DNA of 38,424 nt, from positions 1-38,424 of the forward strand of contig JAYKHR010000102.1 of NCBI GenBank assembly GCA_035285125.1. Reading direction: 5' to 3'. The notes below the pieces were generated by a model, which did not search any database, was not told the DNA's origin, and saw nothing but the letters and a program-made list of their open reading frames with translations. This stretch comes from Candidatus Sericytochromatia bacterium (GTDB lineage Bacteria > Cyanobacteriota > Sericytochromatia > S15B-MN24 > JAQBPE01). Every line of letters starts with the position of its first letter. Within the stretch, counting starts at the first letter, position 1. The position numbers and the translations under genes are program-made. Shown here in pieces: positions 7,386 to 15,526 of this stretch.

Positions 7386-9842
7386 TCACGGTGCCCGCCC
7401 GGCGCAGCTCTCCGCCCCCCCGTCCTTCTGCCAGCGCACGCACCCGAACCCGCCGGCGGGCAGCCTGCGGGTCGGGGCGCCACACAGCGGGCACGGCGGG
7501 TTCGCGACGTCTTCGGCGGCCATGATGAAGCCGCAGACGCGGCGCTCCGGGGCGTCTCGGCCGCACACGAGCCAGGCCCGGCCGTCCTTCCGGGAGACGA
7601 TCCGGCGCGTGAAGGCCTCTCGGCAGCGGGGGCAGGGCGGCCCGGCCTCTCCGCTGGCGGCAGGGGCCGTCGGCGCGCGGCCCCTGCCGCGAGGCCCGGC
7701 CGAGCCCGGGGGGGCTGGCGCGCCTGCTGCTGCCCGGCGCGTCCGCCGGGGGCTGGCCCCCTCGGCGGGTGGCGGCGTCTGGCGTGCTGCCCCGCGGGGC
7801 CGACGCCCTCCGTCGGGCGAGGCGCCGACGCTGTCGGTGGCCGGTGCTTCTCCGGGTTCCGCCGACGCGGCGCGCCTGCGCCGCCGTGGCGCTGCAGCCG
7901 CCGGCGCGCCGGTGTCGGCTGGCCCCGGCGGCCGCCTGCGGGCGCGCCGGCCGGCCGTGGTGCCGCCTGTCGATCGGGTGGGGGCGCCACCGTCCTCCTC
8001 GCCATCCCCCTCGGGGTCGGGCCTGCTGCGGGTGCGGGGGACCTGGGCGGGCCAGGCGTCCGGGGCGTGCTGCGTCCGCGGGGCCGCCCGCGCCGCCGCC
8101 AGCAGCGGCGTCAGCGAGGCCCAGAACTCGGCGAGGAACGACCGCCACTCAAGCTCCCGCGCGGCGATCGCGTCCAGCCGGCCTTCCAGCTCAGCCGTGA
8201 AGCCCTCCTGGATGACGGGCGTGAAGTGGGCGCGCAGCTCGGCGTCGACGCGCTCGCCCTTGGGCGTCGGGCGCAGGCAGCGCCGCTCGATGGTCTCGAC
8301 GAAGGCCCGCTGCTTGATCTTCGCCACCATGGCGGCGTACGTGCTCGGCCGTCCGATGCCCCGGGCCTCCAGGTACTTGATCAAGGTGGCCTCCGTGAAC
8401 CGCTCTGGCGCTCGCGTCCAGTGCTGGCTTGGGGTCACTTCTGTGGGCGGGTGGACCTGCCCCTCGCGCAGCGGGGGCAGAGGCGCTCGGTCGCCGCCCT
8501 CGCCCTCCTCGTCGTCAGCAGCCTCGCCGTAGATCGCCAGGAAGCCGGGCTCGCGAAGCACCCGCCCCACGGCCCGGAGCACCAGGGCCGCCGCCTCCGG
8601 CCTCGGCGCCGTCAGCCAGGCCTCCGTGACGTCGTAGCGCGCGGGGGCGCACTGGGAGGCCAGGTAGGTGTCTCGGATCAGGGCGTAGAGTGCCCGCTCT
8701 CGACCCGTCAGGCGCTCAGCCCGGGGATCGTCCAGCCGAGTCGGGCGGATGCACTCGTGCGCGCCCTGGGCGCCGGACCCTGCCTTGGCCCTGTGGCGGT
8801 TTGGCCTGGCGGGCACGACGGCGTCGCCGTGGCGGGCCCTCAGCCAGGCGAGGGTCTCTTGCTGGAACTCCGGCGAGACGCTGGGCTCGTCCGTGCGGAT
8901 GTAGGTCACGAGGCCTGCCTCGAACAGGCTCTTCGCGTGGCGGGTCGCCTCGTCGGCCCCCATGCCCAGGCGTGCGCCGGCGCGCTGCAGCATTGTCGAG
9001 GTGATCAGGGGCGCGGGGGGCGGGCGTCGCGCCTCGCGGCGCTCCAGCGCGATGAGCTCGTGACGGGAGGCCTCCAGGGCCGCCACCACTTGGGCGGCGG
9101 TCGCCTCGTCGGGCAGGGGCAGCGCCTCGTGGCGGGTGGGCGTGCCCACGCCCACGAGCTCGGCCTGCCAGGTTCGGCCGGCCTCCCCCGGCCAGGCGTA
9201 GGCGACATGGATCCGCCAGAACTCCGTCGGCACGAAGGCGCGGATGGCGAGCTCGCGGTCGACCACGACGCGCAGGGCCACGGACTGCACCCGCCCCGCC
9301 GACACGTCGGGCTCCCCGGCGAGGCGATCGCGCAGCACGGGGCTCACGCTGTAGCCGACCAGCCGATCCAGGATGCGGCGGGCCTCCTGGGCCGCCACCA
9401 GCCCCAGATCGAGCGGCCGCAGCCCGCGCATGGCGCGCTGCACGCCGGCCTCCGTGATCTCGTGGAACTCGGCCCGCCGCACCTCTTCCGGCCGGAGGCC
9501 GGCCGTGCGGGCGATGTGCCAGCCGATCGCCTCCCCCTCCCGGTCAGCGTCCGAGGCGACGATGATGGCCGCCGGGGCGTAGCGCTCGCGCAGCCCCCGC
9601 AGCCGGGTGACGACGTCTCGGCGCGCGGGGTCGTAGACGTAGGTCGGCCGGAACCCGTTGGCCACGTCCACGCCCAGCTCGCGCTCGGGCAGGTCGCAGA
9701 AGTGTCCCACCGTCGCGAGAACCTCCCAGCGCCCGCCGAGCAGGGCCCGGAGGGTCTTCGCCTTGTTGGGGGACTCCACGATGACCACGCCCGAGGCGTT
9801 GGCCGGGGGCGGGGGAGGGCTGGGGCGGCGGCGGGGAGGCAT
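7386..9842 (-). CDS. topA: Type IA DNA topoisomerase I with C-terminal zinc-ribbon-like Cys pairs
   Basis: Toprim IVESPNKAK and ASDADREGEAI motifs, SAGRVQS, catalytic TYIRTD, AHECIRPT and GIGRPSTYA. C-terminal CPRC and CPLC. Confidence 0.93.
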   Translation of the reverse strand: MPPRRRPSPPPPPANASGVVIVESPNKAKTLRALLGGRWEVLATVGHFCDLPERELGVDVANGFRPTYVYDPARRDVVTRLRGLRERYAPAAIIVASDADREGEAIGWHIARTAGLRPEEVRRAEFHEITEAGVQRAMRGLRPLDLGLVAAQEARRILDRLVGYSVSPVLRDRLAGEPDVSAGRVQSVALRVVVDRELAIRAFVPTEFWRIHVAYAWPGEAGRTWQAELVGVGTPTRHEALPLPDEATAAQVVAALEASRHELIALERREARRPPPAPLITSTMLQRAGARLGMGADEATRHAKSLFEAGLVTYIRTDEPSVSPEFQQETLAWLRARHGDAVVPARPNRHRAKAGSGAQGAHECIRPTRLDDPRAERLTGRERALYALIRDTYLASQCAPARYDVTEAWLTAPRPEAAALVLRAVGRVLREPGFLAIYGEAADDEEGEGGDRAPLPPLREGQVHPPTEVTPSQHWTRAPERFTEATLIKYLEARGIGRPSTYAAMVAKIKQRAFVETIERRCLRPTPKGERVDAELRAHFTPVIQEGFTAELEGRLDAIAARELEWRSFLAEFWASLTPLLAAARAAPRTQHAPDAWPAQVPRTRSRPDPEGDGEEDGGAPTRSTGGTTAGRRARRRPPGPADTGAPAAAAPRRRRRAASAEPGEAPATDSVGASPDGGRRPRGAARQTPPPAEGASPRRTRRAAAGAPAPPGSAGPRGRGRAPTAPAASGEAGPPCPRCREAFTRRIVSRKDGRAWLVCGRDAPERRVCGFIMAAEDVANPPCPLCGAPTRRLPAGGFGCVRWQKDGGAESCAGRAP

Positions 9843-9911
9843 GGCGTTATGGTACGCCTCCGGGCCGGGGTTGCGGGAGGGGACCGCCGGGTTCAGGGGC
9901 TGTTTTGTACA

Positions 9912-9933
9912 ACTTGTTCTTGTAAGAACAAGT
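9912..9933. promoter_or_regulatory. Perfect palindromic operator ACTTGTTCTT-gt-AAGAACAAGT between divergent topA and the alkene reductase gene
   Basis: 10-bp perfect inverted arms with a 2-nt spacer in an AT-rich intergenic patch about 60 bp upstream of ATG 9995. Confidence 0.7.
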
Positions 9934-9994
9934 CGTCTGTGGCACGATGGCGGGCCCGCCCCGGCCTTGCGCCGCCCTTCGAAGGAGCCTTCCG

Positions 9995-11086
9995 ATGACC
10001 ACTGGCACCGTGACCTCTCTGTTCAGCCCTTACGCCCTCGGCCCCAACGCCCTCACCAACCGCATCGTGATGGCGCCGATGACGCGAAGCCGGGCCACGG
10101 CGGCGCACGTTCCGACGGATGCCATGGCGCGCTACTACGCGCTGCGCGCGGAGGCGGGCCTGATCATCACGGAGGGCACGGCCCCCGCCCCCGAGGGCCT
10201 CGGCTATGCCCGCATCCCCGGCCTGTTCGACGACGCCCACGTCGCGGCCTGGCGGGTGGTCACGGAGGCGGTGCACGCCCGCGGTGGGAAGGTCTTCGTG
10301 CAGCTGATGCACTGCGGGCGCGTCGCCCACCCCGCGAACATGCCCGCTGGGGCCCGCGTGCTGGCTCCCTCCGCGCTCGCGGCGCCGGGCCAGATGTGGA
10401 CGGATCAGGCCATGATGCAGGACCACCCCGTGCCCGAGGCCATGACCGACGCCGACATCGAGGCGGGGATCGAGGCCTTCGTGCGATCCGCCCGGCTTGC
10501 GCTGGAGGCGGGTTTCGACGGCGTCGAGCTGCACGGGGCGAACGGCTACCTGATCGACCAGTTCCTCAACCCTTCCTCCAACCAGCGGGACGACGCTTGG
10601 GGCGGCGGCGTGGCCGGCCGCAACCGCTTCGCGCACGAGGTCGCGACGCGCGTGGCGGGCGCCATCGGCGCAGAGCGCGTCGGCATTCGCTTGTCGCCCT
10701 TCGGCGTGTTCAACGGGATGGCCGTCCACGACGAGCTGCCGGCTCAGTTCACGGCCCTCGCGGCGGCCCTGGGCAGCCTCAAGCTCGCCTACGTGCACGT
10801 GGTCGATCACTCGGCCATGGGGGCGCCCGAGGTGCCCGCCAGCATCAAGGACGCCATCCGGCAGGCCTTCGGTGGGCCGATCATCCTCTCGGGGGGCTAC
10901 GACGCGGCCCGCGCTGAGGCCGACCTTGCCGCGGGCCGCGGCGAGCTGGTGGCCTTCGGCCGGCCGTTCATCTCCAACCCGGACCTGGTCGCCCGCCTGC
11001 GAGACGGCCTGCCGCTGGCAGCGCAGGATGCAGACACCTTCTACACGCCGGGTGACGCGGGTTACCTCGACTACCCGACGGCCTGA
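9995..11086 (+). CDS. nemA: Old yellow enzyme family alkene reductase (NemA-like NADH:flavin oxidoreductase)
   Basis: NRIVMAPMTRSRA, GLIITEG, GFDGVELHGANGYLIDQFL, GIRLSP and AFGRPFISNPDL motifs. GAAGGAG RBS. Confidence 0.9.
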   Translation: MTTGTVTSLFSPYALGPNALTNRIVMAPMTRSRATAAHVPTDAMARYYALRAEAGLIITEGTAPAPEGLGYARIPGLFDDAHVAAWRVVTEAVHARGGKVFVQLMHCGRVAHPANMPAGARVLAPSALAAPGQMWTDQAMMQDHPVPEAMTDADIEAGIEAFVRSARLALEAGFDGVELHGANGYLIDQFLNPSSNQRDDAWGGGVAGRNRFAHEVATRVAGAIGAERVGIRLSPFGVFNGMAVHDELPAQFTALAAALGSLKLAYVHVVDHSAMGAPEVPASIKDAIRQAFGGPIILSGGYDAARAEADLAAGRGELVAFGRPFISNPDLVARLRDGLPLAAQDADTFYTPGDAGYLDYPTA

Positions 11087-11114
11087 CGCCCACCGGGTGG
11101 TGCTGGCACGGGCC

Positions 11115-11999
11115 TCAGCGCCCGGCCAGCACCACCCGGTTGCGGCCCCCCGACTTGGCGGCGTACAGGGCCTCGTCCGCGCGCCGCAGCACGGCGTCGA
11201 TCGAACCCTCGCCAGGTTGCCACGCGGCGACGCCCACCGAGGCCGTGACGCCGGGGGGCAGCTCCCCGAGGCCCTCAGGCCCGGGCATCGGCAGCGTCTC
11301 CTCGAGCGCGATTCTGAGCCGTTCGGCGAGCTGCGCGGCGGGCCCGAGCGCGGTGCTGGGGCACAGCACCACGAACTCCTCGCCGCCGTACCGGGCGGCC
11401 AAGTCGGCGTGGCGCACGGCGCCTGCGAGCGTCGCCGCGACGCCCCGGAGCACCGCGTCGCCGGCCGCGTGGCCGTACACGTCGTTGCAGGCCTTGAAGT
11501 GGTCGACGTCAAGCAGCAAGACGGCGAAGGGGGTGCCATAGCGCTGGGCGACGGCGAGCAGGCGCTCGGCCTGCTCCACGAAGGCCCGCCGGTTCGCGAG
11601 CTTCGTCAGCGGGTCGGACTTGGCCTGCGCCTCCAGCTCGCGGCAGCGCGCCTTCAACGCATCGAGCTCGGCCGCGTGTGCCTCGCACCGGGCTCGCAAC
11701 GCGAGCCGCTCGCGCTGCGCCCCTGCGAGGGCCTCAAGGAGCTGGCGTCGGGAGGCGTCGGAGGGGGGGGCCACCCGGCCCGGTGGGCTGGCCCCCTCAG
11801 GTGTGAGCCAGACGAGCCTGGGCTCGCCGGGCCCAGGCTGGGCCAGCGCGTCGAGCAGAGCCGCCTCGACCGCATCGGCGGTGCGGGCGATCAGCAGGGC
11901 GCTGGCGGCGTCCCACGGGTCACCGGCGCTGCGATCCGTCAGCAGCAGCGAGGGGGCGGCGCCGGCCTCCGACGGCCGCAAGGCAGCAGGCTGATCCAT
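11115..11999 (-). CDS. Diguanylate cyclase (coiled coil plus GGDEF domain)
   Basis: DPLTKLANRR, DVDHFK..ND.YGH..GD, an RHAD I-site and an RYGGEEF active site. Start ATG 11999 is inferred. Confidence 0.88.
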   Translation of the reverse strand: MDQPAALRPSEAGAAPSLLLTDRSAGDPWDAASALLIARTADAVEAALLDALAQPGPGEPRLVWLTPEGASPPGRVAPPSDASRRQLLEALAGAQRERLALRARCEAHAAELDALKARCRELEAQAKSDPLTKLANRRAFVEQAERLLAVAQRYGTPFAVLLLDVDHFKACNDVYGHAAGDAVLRGVAATLAGAVRHADLAARYGGEEFVVLCPSTALGPAAQLAERLRIALEETLPMPGPEGLGELPPGVTASVGVAAWQPGEGSIDAVLRRADEALYAAKSGGRNRVVLAGR

Positions 12000-12136
12000 G
12001 GGTTCCTTCCCGTCGGACCGGCTCCCGGAGACGGCCGGGCCCGTGAACACAAGCACCCTTATGATGCGCCCCGGCGGCGGCCGTGTCGGTGACCCACGTG
12101 ACCGACGTAACGCGCTGCCGGGGGGCCGCGCCCCGC

Positions 12137-13672
12137 TCAGGAGCGCTCGTTGTGCATCCGCCTGAAGACCGCAAGCATCCCGTCGCTGATGAAGCCTCGC
12201 TCGACCAGGAGATCCTCGAGGTCGTGGGTCGTCCGGGCGCTGTCCTCCATCGCCATCAGCACCTGGGAGGGCTTGAGCACCCCGTTTTCCAGGATGGTTG
12301 CCCACAGGGGTTTGTTGGGGCCCGGGTCGTAGGCCAGCCGCTTTTGCATGTTCGCGGCGAACCTGAGCTGCTCGGACGTCAGCAGCTCCAGCTTGATTGC
12401 CATTTCGCCGAAGGCCATCGATTGTCCCGCTCGTCTCGCGCGGGCCTGCTCGGCCGAGATGTGCTTCATTTGCGCCTGCGTGAGATAGCCCTCGCGCTCC
12501 AGGATCAGGCCCAACAAAGAACGGTTCCTGGCCCCGTCGTCTTCGTTGGCTTCCGCGCCAGGCCTGGCCCGGCGCGGCGCGGGTTGCTCCGAGTGCGCCT
12601 CGATGTCGATGGTCGGCGCCCCCTCGGACATCGTGACCCGCGGGCCGGCCGGGGCCTCGTCGCGCTCCGAGCGCGCCGGGCGCCGGGGCTCACGCGACCG
12701 GGCCAGGAAGGTCTCGACGAGGTCCTGGCTGACGACTTTCCAGCGCACGAGCACGTCCCCGAGGTCGCGGCCGGTGCTCGCCTGCTCGTCCAAGGCCTTG
12801 AGCAGCTGGCTCGGCAGCAGCTCGGCGCTCTCCATCAGGAAGATTGCCAGGGGCTTGGTGTCGCCCGGGGCGTGGGACAGCCGGTCCTGCACCAGCAGCG
12901 CGAAGCGAAGCTGTTCCTCGTCGAGCAGCCCCAGCTCCAGGCCGACCTGGCCGAACGAGAGCTCGCGGCCGTCGCGCCGCACCGCCTGCTGCCCCTCGGC
13001 GATGGCGTGGGCCTCCTCGGGGCTCAGCATGCCCTCGCGGTGCAGGATCAGGCCGACGAGCGACCGGATCCGGGGGGGCGCGGCGGGGGCAGGCGCTGCC
13101 CGTTGCCCGGGTTCGGCTTCCGGCGCCGCGGCGGCCACCCGCTGGGCCCCCAGCAGGGAGGTCGTCAGCGCGTCGCGCCAGCCGGGCCCCCCCGTCACGC
13201 CGAGCACGACCTCAGAGACGCGCAGGAACACACGGCCCGCCGGCCAGGCCAGGGCCTCCCCGTCCGCCGAGACCGAGACCTCGGCCAGCACCTCGTCGGG
13301 CTGGCCGTGAAGGGCCTCCAGCGCGTCTTGCGGGAAGCGCAGGGCCGCCCCCGTGTCCAGCCGCAACGTATAGACCCGCTTGCGCGCGTCGTGGGTGATG
13401 CCGACGGCCCGCGGGCCGGCCTCAGGCGCGACCACCGCCGGCGCGACCCACCCCTCGAGCAGGGCGTCGCGGTGCAGCCGCGCGACCCCGAGCAACGCCT
13501 GCTGGGCCTCTTCTTCCAGCCCTTCTGCGGCCACGACGCGCAGCCGCGGCAGCAGCGCCACGCGGGCCCAGGCCTCCACGCCCCGCACGAAGGCAAGGGC
13601 CGTGGCGGGGTGCTGCCCGCGTTCGGGGGCGAGGAACGCATAGGCGCCGTCGGTGATGACCTGCGAGAACAC
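12137..13672 (-). CDS. Hypothetical protein: DUF2442-like segment plus two duplicated modules of four MshEN-like helical motifs
   Basis: Internal duplication (RSLVGLIL.REG / RSLLGLIL.REG, EQLRFA twice, KPL twice). The motifs resemble the MshEN pattern LGxxLxxxGxxxxxxLxxALxxQ. Confidence 0.65.
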   Translation of the reverse strand: MFSQVITDGAYAFLAPERGQHPATALAFVRGVEAWARVALLPRLRVVAAEGLEEEAQQALLGVARLHRDALLEGWVAPAVVAPEAGPRAVGITHDARKRVYTLRLDTGAALRFPQDALEALHGQPDEVLAEVSVSADGEALAWPAGRVFLRVSEVVLGVTGGPGWRDALTTSLLGAQRVAAAAPEAEPGQRAAPAPAAPPRIRSLVGLILHREGMLSPEEAHAIAEGQQAVRRDGRELSFGQVGLELGLLDEEQLRFALLVQDRLSHAPGDTKPLAIFLMESAELLPSQLLKALDEQASTGRDLGDVLVRWKVVSQDLVETFLARSREPRRPARSERDEAPAGPRVTMSEGAPTIDIEAHSEQPAPRRARPGAEANEDDGARNRSLLGLILEREGYLTQAQMKHISAEQARARRAGQSMAFGEMAIKLELLTSEQLRFAANMQKRLAYDPGPNKPLWATILENGVLKPSQVLMAMEDSARTTHDLEDLLVERGFISDGMLAVFRRMHNERS

Positions 13673-13815
13673 GGTGTCGTTCGCCTGTGGAAGTGGGGGC
13701 TACCCTCCCATCATGGGCGGGGGGCGGGGGGCTCGCAACCGCGCACGTCACACCCTTGACCGGGGCCCGAGCAGCCTGCACCATGGGGCCGGCCCACCAA
13801 GGGCAGGAGGAACAC

Positions 13816-14640
13816 GTGGCACGAGCATTTCCCGGGTTGGTCGCGTTGGCTACCGTCGTGATGGGCACGCCGGCGCTGGCAACGGCCGACACCCCGCGGC
13901 CTGCCGCCGCGCCGGTGGCCTCCGGGTTCACGGGGCAGGTGCTGGCCGAGCCCCCGACGATCGGCACCGACGAGCTGCGCGCCCGCCTGAAGGGCGGGGC
14001 GGACCTCTACCTCGTGGACGTCCGCAGCGCCGAGGGCTTCGAGCAGGAGCACCTGCCCGGCGCCCATAGCCTGCCCTACGCGCAGGTCGACACCGGCCAA
14101 GCGCGGTTGCCGCGCGACAAGACGCTCGTCCTGTACTGCGCCTGACCGGACGAGCACAGCAGCGCCGGTGCGGCGCGCAGGCTTTCCGAGCGATACGGCT
14201 TCACCCGCCTCCTCGTGTTGAAGGGCGGCATCCGGGAGTGGCGGGAGAAGGGCTTCCCCACCGAAAAGACCGCGAGCGCGGCGGGTGACGCCCGTGGCGC
14301 GCAGCTCTACAGGCAACACTGTGCCACCTGCCACGGCACCGCCGGGGATGGCGTGCCCGGACACTTTCCGCCGCTTGCGGGCGATCCGCTGGTGGCTGCT
14401 GGCGACCCGTGGGGCGTGACCTATGTCACCCTCTATGGCCTGAAGGGTCGGCGGGTGGCCGGGCGCACCTGGCAGGCTGCCATGGGCGGCTTCACCCGGT
14501 TCCTCAGTGACGACGAGGCCGCTGCGTTGCTGACTTACGTCCGGACGCGGTTCGGGGGCGGGGCCCGGGCGGTCTCGGCCGCCGACGTCAGGCGGGTCCG
14601 GGCCGAGGTCGAGGCGGCCCGCGCTCAGAAACGCCAGTAG
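13816..14640 (+). CDS. Predicted selenoprotein: exported rhodanese domain (C-x-U) fused to a class I cytochrome c, with TGA 14143-14145 read as Sec
   Basis: AGGAGG RBS then GTG 13816 and a signal peptide. Rhodanese motifs occur on both sides of the TGA (LVDVR..HLPGA, LVLYCA*PDEHSSAGAARRL, LKGGIREW..GFP). The frame continues to CATCH, MGGF and TAG 14638-14640. A SECIS-like hairpin follows the TGA. Confidence 0.85.
14146..14188 (+). promoter_or_regulatory. Putative bacterial SECIS element
   Basis: Upper stem GCGCCG (14162-67) pairs with CGGCGC (14171-76), with GGU at the apex 21 nt after the UGA. The stem extends past a bulged A. Lower stem 14147-14155 pairs with 14181-14188. Confidence 0.75.
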
Positions 14641-15077
14641 GCCGTCGCCTGGAGCCGGGGGGCCCCCGCGAGCCCGCCGAGCATCTGCGCCAGCGGGTCG
14701 CTTCCCCACGCGAAGGGTGCCGGGCCGGCCGCGACCTCCAGCAGCCACGGGCCGCTGCGCAGCTGCCAGCCTGCGTCAAGGAAGGCCAGCGCCTGCTGCA
14801 GGCTGCTGCCGGCCTCCAGTGCGGCGCCGGCGCCGATGAAGCCGCCTGCGAGGGGGGCCGGCAGGAAGTAGCGGCCGGCCCCCGTGAAGGTCGCCTGCGC
14901 GCTCGCCTGGGTGCCCATGGTGATCCGAGCACCCAGGGCACCGGCGCGCGCGGCAAACGCGACGTGCGTGCCCTCAGGCACACCCCACCCTGCCCCTGCG
15001 AGCCAGACCGTGCGCCGCTCGTCGGCGTAGGCGGGGGGCGGGATCAAGACGGTGGCGGCGATGGGTGTCAGCAGCAT
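14625..15077 (-). CDS. Small putative outer-membrane beta-barrel protein
   Basis: Signal-like N-terminus ending AYA, amphipathic Gly/aromatic strands (GRYF, GFIGAG, DAGWQ), and a C-terminal AYWRF beta-signal. Confidence 0.6.
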   Translation of the reverse strand: MLLTPIAATVLIPPPAYADERRTVWLAGAGWGVPEGTHVAFAARAGALGARITMGTQASAQATFTGAGRYFLPAPLAGGFIGAGAALEAGSSLQQALAFLDAGWQLRSGPWLLEVAAGPAPFAWGSDPLAQMLGGLAGAPRLQATAYWRF

Positions 15078-15127
15078 GCAAAAATCCCCCGGCCGGGAGG
15101 CCGGGGGACATGATACCGGTTGGTACC

Positions 15128-15526
15128 TTAATTCGTCGCAGGCGCGGTCGAAGGAGCCGCAGCGGCCTTCTTCCGGAGGTAGATCGTGCTGGCGCCACCG
15201 TAGAACTTCTGGAAGCACGCCCAGTTGGCGCTGGCTTCCTGCTTCTTGATGGCCTCGGTCACGGCGGCCTCGTCCTTCAGGCCGTCCCAGCCGCCCTCGA
15301 GGGGCAGGTTCTGGTTCTCATAGGCGCCCTGCGCCTTCGTGCCCACGAAGAACTTGGTGGGCGTCTCACGCGTGCAGTCGGCAACGCCGGGCGTCGCGCC
15401 CGAGGGCGTGCCCGAGGGAGAGGGCGAGGCCAGCCCGGGCATACCGGGGATCGTGCCGCCAGCGCAACCGGAAACCATGGCCGCGAACATTCCGGCCGCC
15501 AGGGTGTGACGAATCGTGCGAGTCAA
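15128..15526 (-). CDS. Hypothetical lipoprotein with a conserved 2-Cys domain (paralog of 6812..7261)
   Basis: TTG 15526 lies 8 nt after GGAGG. Lipobox VSGC and an ADCTRE...WACFQKFY domain. Confidence 0.75.
   Translation of the reverse strand: MTRTIRHTLAAGMFAAMVSGCAGGTIPGMPGLASPSPSGTPSGATPGVADCTRETPTKFFVGTKAQGAYENQNLPLEGGWDGLKDEAAVTEAIKKQEASANWACFQKFYGGASTIYLRKKAAAAPSTAPATN

Noticed and set aside
8067..9998. Long antisense or alternate-frame ORFs (e.g. 8067..9998, 9893..11539, 12083..13759, 19667..21106, 25858..27705, 33473..34708, 37043..38320)
   Set aside because: These are shadow ORFs caused by high GC content. They overlap well-supported genes and give Arg/Pro/Gly-rich translations with no motifs.
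13687..14640. Treating 13687..14145 and 14215..14640 as two genes or as a nonsense pseudogene
   Set aside because: The stop would cut the rhodanese fold at its active-site loop. The downstream ORF has no RBS or signal peptide for a c-type cytochrome. The TGA aligns with an expected Cys and is followed by a SECIS-like hairpin. A pseudogene cannot be fully excluded without finding the sel genes.
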